Assembly: GCA_000965745.1 (NCBI GenBank)
Contig: CP009479.1
Coordinates: 2,144,001-2,208,000 of the forward strand
Reading direction: 5' to 3'
Length of the DNA stretch: 64,000 nt
Origin: an uncultured archaeon
GTDB taxonomy: Archaea > Thermoplasmatota > Thermoplasmata > Thermoplasmatales > Thermoplasmataceae
Positions 20,794-30,842 of this stretch are shown piece by piece; the first letter of the stretch is position 1; each line of letters starts with the position of its first letter. Below the pieces are notes generated by a model, which was not told the DNA's origin, searched no databases, and saw only the letters and a list, made by a program, of their open reading frames with translations. Made by a program: the position numbers and the translations under genes.

Positions 20794-21510
20794 ATGGTAG
20801 AGAAAACTAGCGGTTTTTTCAAGGTTATTCCAAGAGAGCTGTGGGAACCAAACTGGAGAGTGTGGTCATTCGTGCTTCTTCTTGTGGTTTCCGTGGGAAC
20901 GTTCATAGAATTCCCAGTCGCACCATTCAATGGGTACGTTGATCCCTTCTATTCTCCAACAGTGCTCGTGCTTCCATTCGTAGGGCTCTTCAGGCTGACA
21001 TGCTACGCTTACAGGAAAGACTATTACAGGCACGTGTTCAACCACCCGAGAAGTTGCATGACCCCTGCCAGAGCCGAGTCAAAGCACAAAGGATACAGCG
21101 GTGAGACCAACCTCTTTGGAATAAGCAACCTCCACAGATACTTCCTTTACATAGGAATCGCAATCCTTCCATTCTTCTACTACGACTTTGTGACATCAAT
21201 GTTCATAGGCGGGGCGTTCATGATCAGGCTTGGAAGCATTATCTTGCTTGTCAACGCAATACTTGTCTCACTCTGGACGTTCTCATGCCATGCATTCAGG
21301 CACCTGACCGGAGGAAACGTGGACTGCTACAGTTGCACTGCTGCCCCCAAGTTCAGGAAGGGATGGTTCAACAGGCAGTCACTCATGAATGAGCACCACG
21401 AGGCTTTTGCTTTCATCAGCCTTGCGTTTATTGTGGGAGTTGACCTTTACATGAGAGCACTGTCGGCAGGTTGGCCAATAGACTTCACATTCCTGAGCTT
21501 CCACCTCTAG
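20794..21510 (+). CDS. Sdh membrane anchor, mycobacterial Sdh1 (Rv0249c)-like
   Basis: FRLTCYAYRKDYYR, YSGET, NLHRYFLY and SCHAFRHLTGG motifs; directly follows sdhB. Confidence 0.8.
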   Translation: MVEKTSGFFKVIPRELWEPNWRVWSFVLLLVVSVGTFIEFPVAPFNGYVDPFYSPTVLVLPFVGLFRLTCYAYRKDYYRHVFNHPRSCMTPARAESKHKGYSGETNLFGISNLHRYFLYIGIAILPFFYYDFVTSMFIGGAFMIRLGSIILLVNAILVSLWTFSCHAFRHLTGGNVDCYSCTAAPKFRKGWFNRQSLMNEHHEAFAFISLAFIVGVDLYMRALSAGWPIDFTFLSFHL

Positions 21511-21720
21511 GTGATCAAAATGGAAGAAGAATATGAAAAGAAAAAATATCTCGGAACGGGTATAAGATACCCCCTGTTCTTCATCGGTGTCATGTTAATG
21601 GCCATAGGAGGAAACGCGTACAAATTCACGTCCTTCTCCCTGACCGGAATAGAAGCAATAGTCGGCATCGGGTTCGCAATTTTTGTGGCATCGATGCTTC
21701 CCGGCATGAAGAAGAAATAA
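21511..21720 (+). CDS. Small two-TM protein at the end of the sdh operon
   Basis: Abuts the anchor gene; GGTGA RBS precedes the in-frame ATG at 21520; T-rich terminator follows. Confidence 0.7.
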   Translation: MIKMEEEYEKKKYLGTGIRYPLFFIGVMLMAIGGNAYKFTSFSLTGIEAIVGIGFAIFVASMLPGMKKK

Positions 21721-21726
21721 TAACAC

Positions 21727-21761
21727 ACTTTTTCCCTTAAACCCCCTTTTTGCTGCTTTTT
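21727..21761 (+). terminator. Pyrimidine/T-tract terminator after the sdh operon
   Basis: Three oligo-T runs immediately after the stop codon. Confidence 0.5.
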
Positions 21762-21801
21762 GATTGACTGGCAAACCTTAAATATTATTTATTAATTATA
21801 G

Positions 21802-21824
21802 GTTGACAACTAATGGTTGTCAAC
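21802..21824. promoter_or_regulatory. Palindromic operator GTTGACAAC-N5-GTTGTCAAC before hsp20
   Basis: Perfect 9-bp inverted repeat between an AT-rich TATA region and the GAGGTG RBS. Confidence 0.8.
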
Positions 21825-21838
21825 AGAGGTGTAGATAT

Positions 21839-22378
21839 ATGGCAAGAAAAGACTTTGATGATTGGGATGAAGATTTCTTTGGAGACATGTTCAGTGAGTT
21901 CGGCTTTGACTTCAAAAAGATGAACGAGCGCATGAGGAAGATATGGGACAGGATGCTTCACGACCCTGATTTTGCCACACAGGAACCTTACGTTTACGGG
22001 TTCACATACAAGGTCGGGCCGGAAGGCAAGCCCTATTTCCAGGAGTTCGGGAACATGCCGGGAATGAGGAGAGAAAGGGCAAACATCCAGCAGAAAGACG
22101 TTAGAGAGCCAATAACAGACATTACAGAAGACAAGGACAAGTCGTACTTCACGTTCGAGCTTCCAGGAATATCAAAAGAGAACATAGACCTGAAAGTATC
22201 TTCCAGAAACGTAACCATCAGTGTAAAAGAGGGCACAAGGAAATACTACAAGAGCATCGATCTCGACTATGAGGTTAAGCCCGAATCTGCCAAGGCCAGG
22301 TTCGTGAACGGCATACTTGATGTTTCGCTGGAAAAAACAACGAAAGAAGGCTCCGGAAAAACCATAGACATCGAGTGA
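21839..22378 (+). CDS. hsp20: Small heat shock protein Hsp20
   Basis: PYVYGFTYKVGPEGKP..FGN, ELPG, ARFVNGILDV; ATG 21839 after GAGGTG. Confidence 0.93.
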   Translation: MARKDFDDWDEDFFGDMFSEFGFDFKKMNERMRKIWDRMLHDPDFATQEPYVYGFTYKVGPEGKPYFQEFGNMPGMRRERANIQQKDVREPITDITEDKDKSYFTFELPGISKENIDLKVSSRNVTISVKEGTRKYYKSIDLDYEVKPESAKARFVNGILDVSLEKTTKEGSGKTIDIE

Positions 22379-22393
22379 CGTGAAGAGCGGAAA

Positions 22394-22996
22394 ATGGTTA
22401 AAGACGACCTTGATCTGTTCCTTACAGCCCTTGAAAACAGTACAAGAAGGGAGATACTCAAGAGGCTCACCCTTGAGGAATCCTACGCCCTTGAAATAAG
22501 CAAGTGGATCGGTGTATCACAGCAGGCAATAAACAAACAACTTGATCTGCTTGAAAAGTCGAGGCTGATAAGTTCGGCCGGGTTGATGCCAAGCAACAGC
22601 GGCGCGCCAAGAAAGATCTACCGGCCAACCAATTTTTCCTCAATAATCATAGATTATTCTAGGAGTTTCTTCGAAGTAAAAAAATACGAACTCGACTTCG
22701 ATCTTGAAGAGAACCGGGAAAATGAATCAAGCACTGTGAAGGAGCTCATTGGGGAGCTTAAGGATGTCAACGAGAAACTCGATGATATCATGAAAAAAAG
22801 AACAGAGCTGCTTTCCAGGAAAGACTCAATAATCATGAACATCAACAGCAGGATTGCGAGGGAGGCGAGCGACAACCTCCTGAGGGCGATTATTTCGACA
22901 TTTCTTGAGACACTGGATGAGGAAGAAACGGCCGATAGGCTTTCCATGCCTCCCGAAGTTGTAAAAATCGTCGTCTCGGACTTCCTGAAGCTATAA
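22394..22996 (+). CDS. ArsR-type HTH regulator, Phr/HSR1 heat-shock repressor-like
   Basis: LENSTRREIL, GVSQQAINKQLDLLE, GAPRKIY and a coiled coil; 15 nt after hsp20. Confidence 0.8.
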   Translation: MVKDDLDLFLTALENSTRREILKRLTLEESYALEISKWIGVSQQAINKQLDLLEKSRLISSAGLMPSNSGAPRKIYRPTNFSSIIIDYSRSFFEVKKYELDFDLEENRENESSTVKELIGELKDVNEKLDDIMKKRTELLSRKDSIIMNINSRIAREASDNLLRAIISTFLETLDEEETADRLSMPPEVVKIVVSDFLKL

Positions 22997-23752
22997 TCTC
23001 TCCGCAAACTCATTCAGAAAAGTTTCCTCGGAGTCGTTCAGGGTCGAAGGTAACACCAGGGCGGCAGGATTTCCTTCCACACCACTTTTTTTAATTGACC
23101 CCATCGTGCCGAAAACCAGTCTCTGGCCCGGCTGAGAAACTGCTATTGCCACGCAAATATCCCTTTCAGGCTCAAGTATTCTGCCCTTTCTTCTCCTTTC
23201 GAGTTCCTCCAGGATTCTTACAGCCTCCTGCACAGGCATTGTCTTTCCGTCTTTCAGGTCAAGAAGAAGGAGTGTGTGTAGATCCATTGAGATATTCTTC
23301 TCTATCTTGTCATAGACACTTGTTGGAAAGAAGCTCCTGCTTACGAATGGTATCGAGACAGGGGGGCCAAAACGATAGTGCATCAATCCAAAAACGCCCG
23401 GAATTACGCTTATTATTGAAGAGTTTTCAAAAATTCGGACTTCGACGCCAGCCTTCATGGCGTCCAGGCGCAACTGGTTATGGGTGGTGGCGCTTAGAGG
23501 GTCTCCAGTAACTAGAAGGCAAACCTTTGTGTCCCTTGATTCGTCTATTATATCCTTTTCAGATTCAATGAAATCCCTGCCGGCTTCCAGGAGTTTCCTG
23601 CCCAGGGCGTTTCTGAGGTCAGCCATGGTTGAGCCCGGGGAGATGGAGGTGTAGGTTTCAAAATAGACTGAGTCGCAGGATTTCATCACTTCAAATGATT
23701 CAAGGGTAATGCTTTTCGTGCCCCTCAGGCCCAGGCCAATTATGTTTAGCAT
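22991..23752 (-). CDS. dph5: Diphthine synthase
   Basis: IGLGL, ETYTS, GDPLSATTH, HTLLLLD. Confidence 0.93.
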   Translation of the reverse strand: MLNIIGLGLRGTKSITLESFEVMKSCDSVYFETYTSISPGSTMADLRNALGRKLLEAGRDFIESEKDIIDESRDTKVCLLVTGDPLSATTHNQLRLDAMKAGVEVRIFENSSIISVIPGVFGLMHYRFGPPVSIPFVSRSFFPTSVYDKIEKNISMDLHTLLLLDLKDGKTMPVQEAVRILEELERRRKGRILEPERDICVAIAVSQPGQRLVFGTMGSIKKSGVEGNPAALVLPSTLNDSEETFLNEFAERL

Positions 23753-23754
23753 GC

Positions 23755-24969
23755 TCAGCGCGATATTTCCTCTTCTATCCTTACAAGCTCATTGAGCTTG
23801 GAAAGCCTCTCGCCACCGATGATTCCTGACTTTATGTATTTTGAGGAAAATGCCACAGCAAGGTGTGCAATGAAATCGTCTGTTGTCTCGCCGCTTCTGT
23901 GTGACACGACATTCTCCATGCCTGCGCGGGTAGCGAGGTCTACTGCCTCATACGTGGAGGTGAGTGTTCCGATCTGGTTGACTTTTATAAGTATGGCATT
24001 GGTTGATTTTTCCTCTATGCCGCGCTCAATTCTCTTGGTGTTTGTAGTGTATAGGTCATCGCCGACTATGAGGCACCTGTTCCCTACCGCCTTGGTTATC
24101 TCTGCGAACCCCTCGAAGGCATCTTCGTAAAGTGGGTCCTCCACAAGGGCAAACCCGTAATCGTTGACAAGTGATTTTACATAGTCTATCTGCTCGTCCT
24201 CCGATTTCTTTGAATTCCTGTATACGTACTTTCCCTTCTCATAAAAAGAGGTCGCTGCCAGGTCCATTCCAAGATCGATTTTGACCCCGGTTTCTCCAGA
24301 TACCTGTTCTGTCGCGTCCTTCAGTATATCTATGGCTTCTTCATCGGATATGCTCGCAGTCCAGGCACGCTCATCCCCAACGCCTATGCTGACGTTTGGA
24401 AACTTGGCGGACAGAACTTCACCTATCTTCCTGTGCACCAGTGAGTTCACGTGTATCGATTTCAAAAAGGTGTCGCCATGTGCGGCTACGTGGAATTCCT
24501 GAATAGTTGTTCCATTTGTCGAGTGCTTGCCTCCGCCGATCACGTTTCCGAGGGGCCATGGAATTCTATTGACAAAACTTCCTCCTACAACTGAATACAA
24601 CGGAATTCCCAGCTTGCATGCAGAGGCCTTAGCGTTAGCTATTGAGAGGGCAGTTGCCATATTTCCTCCCAGGAGGCCGAAGTTGTATGTGCCGTCAAGC
24701 TCAGTGAGAACACGGTCAAATCCCCTCTGATCCAGAGAATTTCTTCCGATTATTGATGATTTTACGCTTGAATTAAAGAACTCAATTGAGGAATCGATTC
24801 CCTTGTTTGAGAACGCAATCACCTCGGTCGCTCCAGTGCTGGCTCCTGATGGTGCAGAGCAGCGACCGAAGGCTCCATCCAGGTAGATATCTGCTTCTAT
24901 CGTATACCTGCCCCTTGAATCCAGAACTTTCCTGACGTTTACGTCCCTGATTTCGAACCCTTTAACCAT
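23755..24969 (-). CDS. eno: Enolase
   Basis: [31 protein letters not shown]. Confidence 0.95.
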   Translation of the reverse strand: MVKGFEIRDVNVRKVLDSRGRYTIEADIYLDGAFGRCSAPSGASTGATEVIAFSNKGIDSSIEFFNSSVKSSIIGRNSLDQRGFDRVLTELDGTYNFGLLGGNMATALSIANAKASACKLGIPLYSVVGGSFVNRIPWPLGNVIGGGKHSTNGTTIQEFHVAAHGDTFLKSIHVNSLVHRKIGEVLSAKFPNVSIGVGDERAWTASISDEEAIDILKDATEQVSGETGVKIDLGMDLAATSFYEKGKYVYRNSKKSEDEQIDYVKSLVNDYGFALVEDPLYEDAFEGFAEITKAVGNRCLIVGDDLYTTNTKRIERGIEEKSTNAILIKVNQIGTLTSTYEAVDLATRAGMENVVSHRSGETTDDFIAHLAVAFSSKYIKSGIIGGERLSKLNELVRIEEEISR

Positions 24970-25011
24970 AACGATACCTAAACCAAACTATTGATAAAAA
25001 ACCTTCCCGGC

Positions 25012-25545
25012 TCATTCGTGTTTCTCAAGTGTACCGGAGTAGCTGACACAGAATGCGTTATACCTTTCCTTGTAAGCTGTCCAGAGTTGGACGTACCTGT
25101 CGGTCACTTCAGCCACAACCTTTGCCGGAATGCCAACGGCAATCTTCCTGTCCGGTATTACGTCCTTATTCTTGACGACCGCCCCTTCACCAACAGCGGA
25201 CCACTCGCCCAGCTCCGCAAAATCTGAAACTACAGACCCCATTCCAATAACTGCCCAGTCCTTGATTTTCGCCGTATGGACAACTGCGTTATGCCCCATT
25301 GTGACATGACTGCCTATTCTGGTCGTCTCCCCGGGCCTGGAATGAACCACGCAGTTGTCTTCGATGGCGGTAAAGTCTCCAACCTCTATCTTTCCATAAT
25401 CCCCGCGCAGCACCGCACCGGGGCCAACCCATGTCCTCTTCCCTACTGTAACGTCGCCGATGACTGTCGCGTTGGGAAAAATATAAGCTTCCCCGTCAAT
25501 CTTCGGTTTTCTCCCTTCATATCCATAGGAAGTCATTGGTTCCAA
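25012..25545 (-). CDS. Gamma carbonic anhydrase-family protein
   Basis: Hexapeptide repeats, VLRGD, EDNCVVH, GHNAVVH. Confidence 0.9.
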   Translation of the reverse strand: MEPMTSYGYEGRKPKIDGEAYIFPNATVIGDVTVGKRTWVGPGAVLRGDYGKIEVGDFTAIEDNCVVHSRPGETTRIGSHVTMGHNAVVHTAKIKDWAVIGMGSVVSDFAELGEWSAVGEGAVVKNKDVIPDRKIAVGIPAKVVAEVTDRYVQLWTAYKERYNAFCVSYSGTLEKHE

Positions 25546-25567
25546 TCCCGTTTACGTATTAAAAACA

Positions 25568-26479
25568 TCATTCGCCCGCGATTACCTTCCTTTTTTCCCT
25601 GAACAGCTTCTCTATGTCGCCGTAGCCAAACCTGAACTCACTCATTGGAGTTTCTATGGCCTTCGATGAAACGATGATGCCCATGATTATGGAATCGCTG
25701 ATGCTCATTCCCTTCCACAGCCCCATGTACAGGCCTGACCTGAAAGAGTCACCTGCGCCTATTGTGTCGTACACTTTCTCTGCCGGAAGGATTGAAAAGT
25801 GATTGGAATCCCCATCCCGGAAAGCTGAAACCCCGCTCTGGCCACCGGTTATTATTATCGTTTCAATCTCCGACGTCAGTTCCTCATGGGACTTTCCTGT
25901 CAGCTCCTTAAGTTTTTGGTATTCCGCTTCGTTCCCAACAAACATGTCTGCACGGTCTATGAATTTTTGAGCAGTTTCCCTGCTGTACCTGTAGTGTATT
26001 TCCTGTCCCGGGTCAAATGTAACCTTGCTGCCCCCGAGCAGATCGAAAACTTTTGCGTATTCCTCCGGAGGGCCTGTTGAAAAATGTGCCCACTTGTAAT
26101 CAGAATCAGCTGAAAAATTTACTGCGGGAGACCATGAATCCATGGGGCCCTGGAATACGTATGCCACCTGGTCATTGCCGTCGGAAGATATATAGCAGAC
26201 CGGACCGTAGCTGTCTTTCAGCTGGTCGACGTGTTTCAGGTCGATGCCAATGGACGAGAGGTATTCAAGGTATTCAGCGTGGGTCTTCGGAGATACTGCT
26301 GAGTAAAGGTCAAAATCAAGCCCAAGTTTTCTTGAGACTATTGCAAAATTCCCGGCCGTGCCACCAAAATTCTCGGATACGTCTGTCACGTTGACCGACC
26401 CGACGCGCGGGAGTACTGGTACCCTTATCGATACATCAATGTTTATGTGACCAAAAAAAGCAAGGAAAGATGATGTCAT
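25568..26479 (-). CDS. PfkB-family carbohydrate/nucleoside kinase
   Basis: GGTAGN, FDPGQ, DTIGAGDSF. Confidence 0.9.
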   Translation of the reverse strand: MTSSFLAFFGHINIDVSIRVPVLPRVGSVNVTDVSENFGGTAGNFAIVSRKLGLDFDLYSAVSPKTHAEYLEYLSSIGIDLKHVDQLKDSYGPVCYISSDGNDQVAYVFQGPMDSWSPAVNFSADSDYKWAHFSTGPPEEYAKVFDLLGGSKVTFDPGQEIHYRYSRETAQKFIDRADMFVGNEAEYQKLKELTGKSHEELTSEIETIIITGGQSGVSAFRDGDSNHFSILPAEKVYDTIGAGDSFRSGLYMGLWKGMSISDSIIMGIIVSSKAIETPMSEFRFGYGDIEKLFREKRKVIAGE

Positions 26480-26495
26480 CTCTCCCTTGATCCAA

Positions 26496-27152
26496 CTATC
26501 GTATTTGGTTATTGAGGTCTCTCAGGACGTTTCTGATTGTTACTTCGGAAACTCCTGCGAATTTTGAGATCTCGCCCTGAGTTCTCAGTTCACCCCTCTT
26601 CTGGCAGGAGATATACAAGCTTGCAGCTGCAATGGCGGAGGGCTTGAATGTTTTTGATCTCTTCTTCAGAGATTCTGAAAATTCAGAGCACGTGTCCTTT
26701 GCCATCTGGACGGTTCCCTCACTGATCATCAGCTTCTTCCCTATGGATGCTATCACAGCGTTGTGGTCAGGCATGCTCCTCTTGTATTTTGGCTCCAGGT
26801 CAAGGATCTTCTTGTATGTCCTCATTACAAGAACCGGGTCCAGCTGGTCGGGGAACCTTTTGCTCTTTGACTTCCCATAGAACGAGTTTGGAGCAACATA
26901 GGTGTTCAGTTCCCTGGCGGCCGCAATTATGCACGCTGCTACGGTATACCTGAAATCCTTGCCCCTCATAAGATCCTTCTTGGTAACATTCTGGTAAACC
27001 TCAAGGCTCTTGATCTGAAGCTCCTTGGGAAGATTCAGAAATCTGTTGAGCTCGTCATAGTACTGCAGGAAAATCCTGTCAGATACATTCCTTCTCATTA
27101 TTGAAATTTTGAACTGGTTAAACCTTTTGGCAAATGATATTGAACTGTCCAT
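26496..27152 (-). CDS. TFB-like protein, two cyclin folds only (no zinc ribbon)
   Basis: LMRGK..TVAACI, KPSAIAAASLYISC, RTQGEISKFAGVSEVTIRN; GGGGTGA RBS. Confidence 0.85.
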   Translation of the reverse strand: MDSSISFAKRFNQFKISIMRRNVSDRIFLQYYDELNRFLNLPKELQIKSLEVYQNVTKKDLMRGKDFRYTVAACIIAAARELNTYVAPNSFYGKSKSKRFPDQLDPVLVMRTYKKILDLEPKYKRSMPDHNAVIASIGKKLMISEGTVQMAKDTCSEFSESLKKRSKTFKPSAIAAASLYISCQKRGELRTQGEISKFAGVSEVTIRNVLRDLNNQIR

Positions 27153-27157
27153 TCACT

Positions 27158-27550
27158 TCACCCCTTCACGATGTCCTTGTAGAAATTCTCTACATTCACA
27201 ATTTCCGTTTTTTCACTCCGGCCCATTATGTCTTTTATCTCAGACGCCACCAGATTTTCTTTTCCATAGAGCATTGAATAAAATACCTGCCCCCCTTCGT
27301 GATGCATTACAATCTTCTCAGGAAATGAAAATTTTTCAAAGAATTTCGTGCATATTGCCCTGAACATTACATAGGATTCTTCCCCAACGTAAGACAGAGA
27401 TTCCACTATAATCCCTCTTCCTCTTCTGGTTATTTCGTTCACTTGGAGATTATCCTTTGTGAAATAGTAACCTACCTCGCGGATGCTTCCTTTATGTGCT
27501 TTTTCGCGCTTCGTCTGAAGGTACCGTACATTTCTCATGGATAGTTTCAT
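27158..27550 (-). CDS. Hypothetical protein upstream of the TFB-like gene
   Basis: 130-aa ORF ending 5 nt before the TFB-like start; TTTTATAT promoter-like element upstream. Confidence 0.7.
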   Translation of the reverse strand: MKLSMRNVRYLQTKREKAHKGSIREVGYYFTKDNLQVNEITRRGRGIIVESLSYVGEESYVMFRAICTKFFEKFSFPEKIVMHHEGGQVFYSMLYGKENLVASEIKDIMGRSEKTEIVNVENFYKDIVKG

Positions 27551-27787
27551 TTCGACCCACTTCTAATACGTATTACTAAAGAAGGTATATAAAAGTTACG
27601 CCATTTTTTTCATCAAAATTATTAAATAGGGATGATGCTTTGTTTCAAATTGTACCTGTCTTTTAAATACTCGATATCAAAAATTCGACAAAAATGAACA
27701 AAACATTCACATTTCAAAAATATGAGAACCGGTAAAACCAGTTAAAATTGTCCAATTAAGTATTAGAATAATTGGACTCAGGTCAGA

Positions 27788-28219
27788 TTACAAAGTAAGT
27801 TCAAGCTCCACTTTGGCCATGTTGCCGAACACAATAGTGTCCTTGTCTGGACAGTCCACAGGGAGAGAGAGCGACTTGTTCTCCTTGAGAGATTTGAACG
27901 CGTCCAGAAACCTTCCAAGGTCGTTGCGGCTATCATGTATAATGAGGAAGTTCCTGGTGCCCGGCGTAACGCCGACTGCCCCATAAGCCTTAGGTATCTG
28001 AGAGTGCCCGGAAAGATATAGCATCAGTAGAGTTGCGTCATCCCTGACCTTTTTCCCCCTGTTCCGGTCCACATGTTCCATGGCAGCCCTGATTTGAACT
28101 TCAGAAAAGATCTTGTTTCTGTCCAACACGGCAAAAAAATTTTCAGCAGTCCGTAAAAAATCACGGACCTTGTTTGATTCCAGAGATATATTTGAACTGA
28201 GATATGTGAAATCAGGCAA
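27788..28219 (-). CDS. cgi121: KEOPS complex subunit Cgi121
   Basis: [19 protein letters not shown] resembles the LLYxxGxRQIxxA motif; overlaps the lonB stop. Confidence 0.75.
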   Translation of the reverse strand: MPDFTYLSSNISLESNKVRDFLRTAENFFAVLDRNKIFSEVQIRAAMEHVDRNRGKKVRDDATLLMLYLSGHSQIPKAYGAVGVTPGTRNFLIIHDSRNDLGRFLDAFKSLKENKSLSLPVDCPDKDTIVFGNMAKVELELTL

Positions 28220-30164
28220 CGTTTGTTCCTGCCCTTCCTTTCGGTGGGCCGAATTTTTTAGCGTTGAGGAATTCAGCTATTCTTCCGAAGAACCTCTGCC
28301 TCTCAGGTGAGGGGACGAGCGAGTTTTCGAGAACATCCTGGATGTTTGCTGCCGGAATTATTTCTATCTTCCCCATATGCTCCTGGTCAAGGACTATGTC
28401 CCCGAGGTTGGCTGCAGGCACTATTACTCTCTTCAGGCCGGAGTCTATGGCAGCTTCAATCTTTGCACTGACCCCTCCAACAGGAAGGACGTTTCCCCTT
28501 ACACTGAGGGAGCCTGTCATGGCAACCTCCTGGTCTACTGGTATGTCCTCCATTGCAGATATCACTGCAGTTGCGATGGAAATGCTTGCCGAATCTCCTT
28601 CCACACCTTCGTATGTGCCGACAAACTGTATGTGAATGTCGACGTCTGAGATGTCCTTGCCACTCATCTTCTTAAAGACAGCAGAGACGTTCTGGACCGC
28701 TTCCTTTGCAATATCGCCGAGCTTTCCCGTTGCGATTACAGTGCCGTTGCCCTTATGCTGCGCAGGGGTAACCTCAGCAACTATTGGCATCACGATTCCA
28801 GTATATTCTGCCATTCCAGAGCCGCCACCCATAACAGCCAGGCCGTTGATTGTCCCGATAGCCTCTCCTTCACTGAGGAAGGTCTTGTAGACTTTCTTGA
28901 TCTCTATAGCCTTGTCAGCTACCTGCTGCTCGAGAGGCTTACTCAGAGCCCTTGCCCTTATCACGTGTTTTGCATTCACTATGGATGCGTTCTCGGATAT
29001 TGCAATGTCACCAGCAACACGTATCAGACCACCAAGTTCCCTGAGCCTGAGGGTAAGCTTTCCTCTTCTTCCGGAGCGTTTCTGCGCTTCCTTGATTATC
29101 TCGATGACTGCAGATGTGTCAAAGTGTGGTATTTTTTTGTCCTTTGAGATTTCCTGGGCTATGAACTGAACCAGTTTTGTCCTGTTGTCATCGTTGTCAT
29201 TCATTGTGTTGTTGACATATACTTCGTAACCGTAGCCCCTTATCCTTGACCTCAGTGCCGGGTGTATACCCTGAACTGCGTCCAGATTCCCGGCAGCAAC
29301 AAGAACAAAGTCACATGGGACCGGTTCGGTCTGCACCATTGCACCAGCACTTCTCTCACTCTGACCCGATATCGGGAATTTCTTCTCCTGCATAGCAGTA
29401 AGGAGAGCCTGCTGGCTTTCTGGCCTCAACAGGTTCATTTCATCCACGAAAAGGACTCCCCTGTGGGCCTTGTGGATATTCCCCGCTTCTACCCTGTCGT
29501 GAGACGGAGTTTCCAGTCCCCCGGACTGAAAGGGATCGTGCCTGACGTCTCCGAGCAGTGCTCCGGAGTGTGCGCCTGTTGAATCCACGAAGGGCGGCTT
29601 GTCGCTGCCCGTGTGTGAAACGAGTAATTTCGGGATTAACGCCCGTTCGCTTCTCATTGCAGGATTAAAAGCCAGTGCCATGTAGATGAAAGCGGCTGCC
29701 ATAATTGCAAAGAATATGACTGTCCACTGCCCCAGGACCACGGCTGCGATAATTCCCAGGAATATTACCGAGAAAATTATGAACATTACCCCCCTGGACC
29801 TGTCTTTCTTTTCCCTTTCAGCCTTTATCTGGTACTGCCTGACTATCTCCTTGCCTTTTCCGGCAGGAAGCGTCTTGACCTTTGGTCTGTTGTTGTCCTC
29901 GGGATTAGGGAGGATCATAATGTCTTCCAGCTCTTCCTTTGGCAGAAAGTCCACCATTGATTGAGCCAGCATGGATTTCCCAGTTCCGGGATCTCCTATA
30001 AGTAGGACATGCCTCTTTTGCAGGGCAGCTTTTTTGACTACCTGCCCAGCTTCATCCTGTCCTATTACTTGATCGAAAAGAACCTTGGGTATTTGTACAT
30101 CCTTTGTGCTTTCTATGTTTAGCTTGGATACCCATTGTTCTACTTCTTCCATTTCTTCTTGCAC
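28212..30164 (-). CDS. lonB: ATP-dependent membrane protease LonB
   Basis: GDPGTGKS Walker A, TM insertion, GDSAS catalytic Ser, GGVSAK catalytic Lys. Confidence 0.96.
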   Translation of the reverse strand: MQEEMEEVEQWVSKLNIESTKDVQIPKVLFDQVIGQDEAGQVVKKAALQKRHVLLIGDPGTGKSMLAQSMVDFLPKEELEDIMILPNPEDNNRPKVKTLPAGKGKEIVRQYQIKAEREKKDRSRGVMFIIFSVIFLGIIAAVVLGQWTVIFFAIMAAAFIYMALAFNPAMRSERALIPKLLVSHTGSDKPPFVDSTGAHSGALLGDVRHDPFQSGGLETPSHDRVEAGNIHKAHRGVLFVDEMNLLRPESQQALLTAMQEKKFPISGQSERSAGAMVQTEPVPCDFVLVAAGNLDAVQGIHPALRSRIRGYGYEVYVNNTMNDNDDNRTKLVQFIAQEISKDKKIPHFDTSAVIEIIKEAQKRSGRRGKLTLRLRELGGLIRVAGDIAISENASIVNAKHVIRARALSKPLEQQVADKAIEIKKVYKTFLSEGEAIGTINGLAVMGGGSGMAEYTGIVMPIVAEVTPAQHKGNGTVIATGKLGDIAKEAVQNVSAVFKKMSGKDISDVDIHIQFVGTYEGVEGDSASISIATAVISAMEDIPVDQEVAMTGSLSVRGNVLPVGGVSAKIEAAIDSGLKRVIVPAANLGDIVLDQEHMGKIEIIPAANIQDVLENSLVPSPERQRFFGRIAEFLNAKKFGPPKGRAGTNVA

Positions 30165-30280
30165 GATACTTCATCTAAATTTAATAAATAAGCCTTTCCT
30201 ATTATTAGGGAGACAGAAAACGAAACGATTTTTCCCCGGTTTATAAAATCAAAATGGAAAAGTGGCTGTTGACTGTAAAA

Positions 30281-30628
30281 TTACCCTATTTCAACAGCGA
30301 AGACTTTCCTCTGGTTAAACATGTTCTTCAGGGCTTTTACGTCCTCAATATATTCCATGTTTACCTTGAAGTACTTGAACCCGTTCTTTGTCTGCTCGAC
30401 GTTGACAAGGCCAAGGCCGCATAGCGATTCCTCGCCGGTATACCTGACGCCTAGACCCTCAAGACAGCCTTTTACGTTTGAAGGATCGGACTTTATAGCT
30501 CTCGAAATCTCTGAAAGGTATGAACGGTACGGATAGATCGAAAGGAGGTAGAAGAGAACCTTTCTTCTGAGTTCGCTTCTGTTTAATGATCTTATGACGT
30601 TGCCGTCTGCCACTAGTTCCATATCCAT
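30281..30628 (-). CDS. EarA-family (COG3373) HTH transcriptional regulator
   Basis: SLNRSELRRKVLFYL..YP..SYLSEISR..SDPSNVKGCL.G.G.RY. Confidence 0.75.
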   Translation of the reverse strand: MDMELVADGNVIRSLNRSELRRKVLFYLLSIYPYRSYLSEISRAIKSDPSNVKGCLEGLGVRYTGEESLCGLGLVNVEQTKNGFKYFKVNMEYIEDVKALKNMFNQRKVFAVEIG

Positions 30629-30842
30629 AAATGGCTTAGGGTGTATTTAAAATTTTTTTTCATCACAATTATATGTCGTACGAAATACAGATAGTCATAC
30701 CGTAACACCTACATAAACGGCATTCGCCGATTGGATTTTTGTCTGACATTACGCCTGCCCAGCAACATTGTGGCCATCAGCATTAATGTAAGATCAGAGT
30801 TTCTGAGCATATAATATTTTATTCGATTAGATATCCCCTTTC

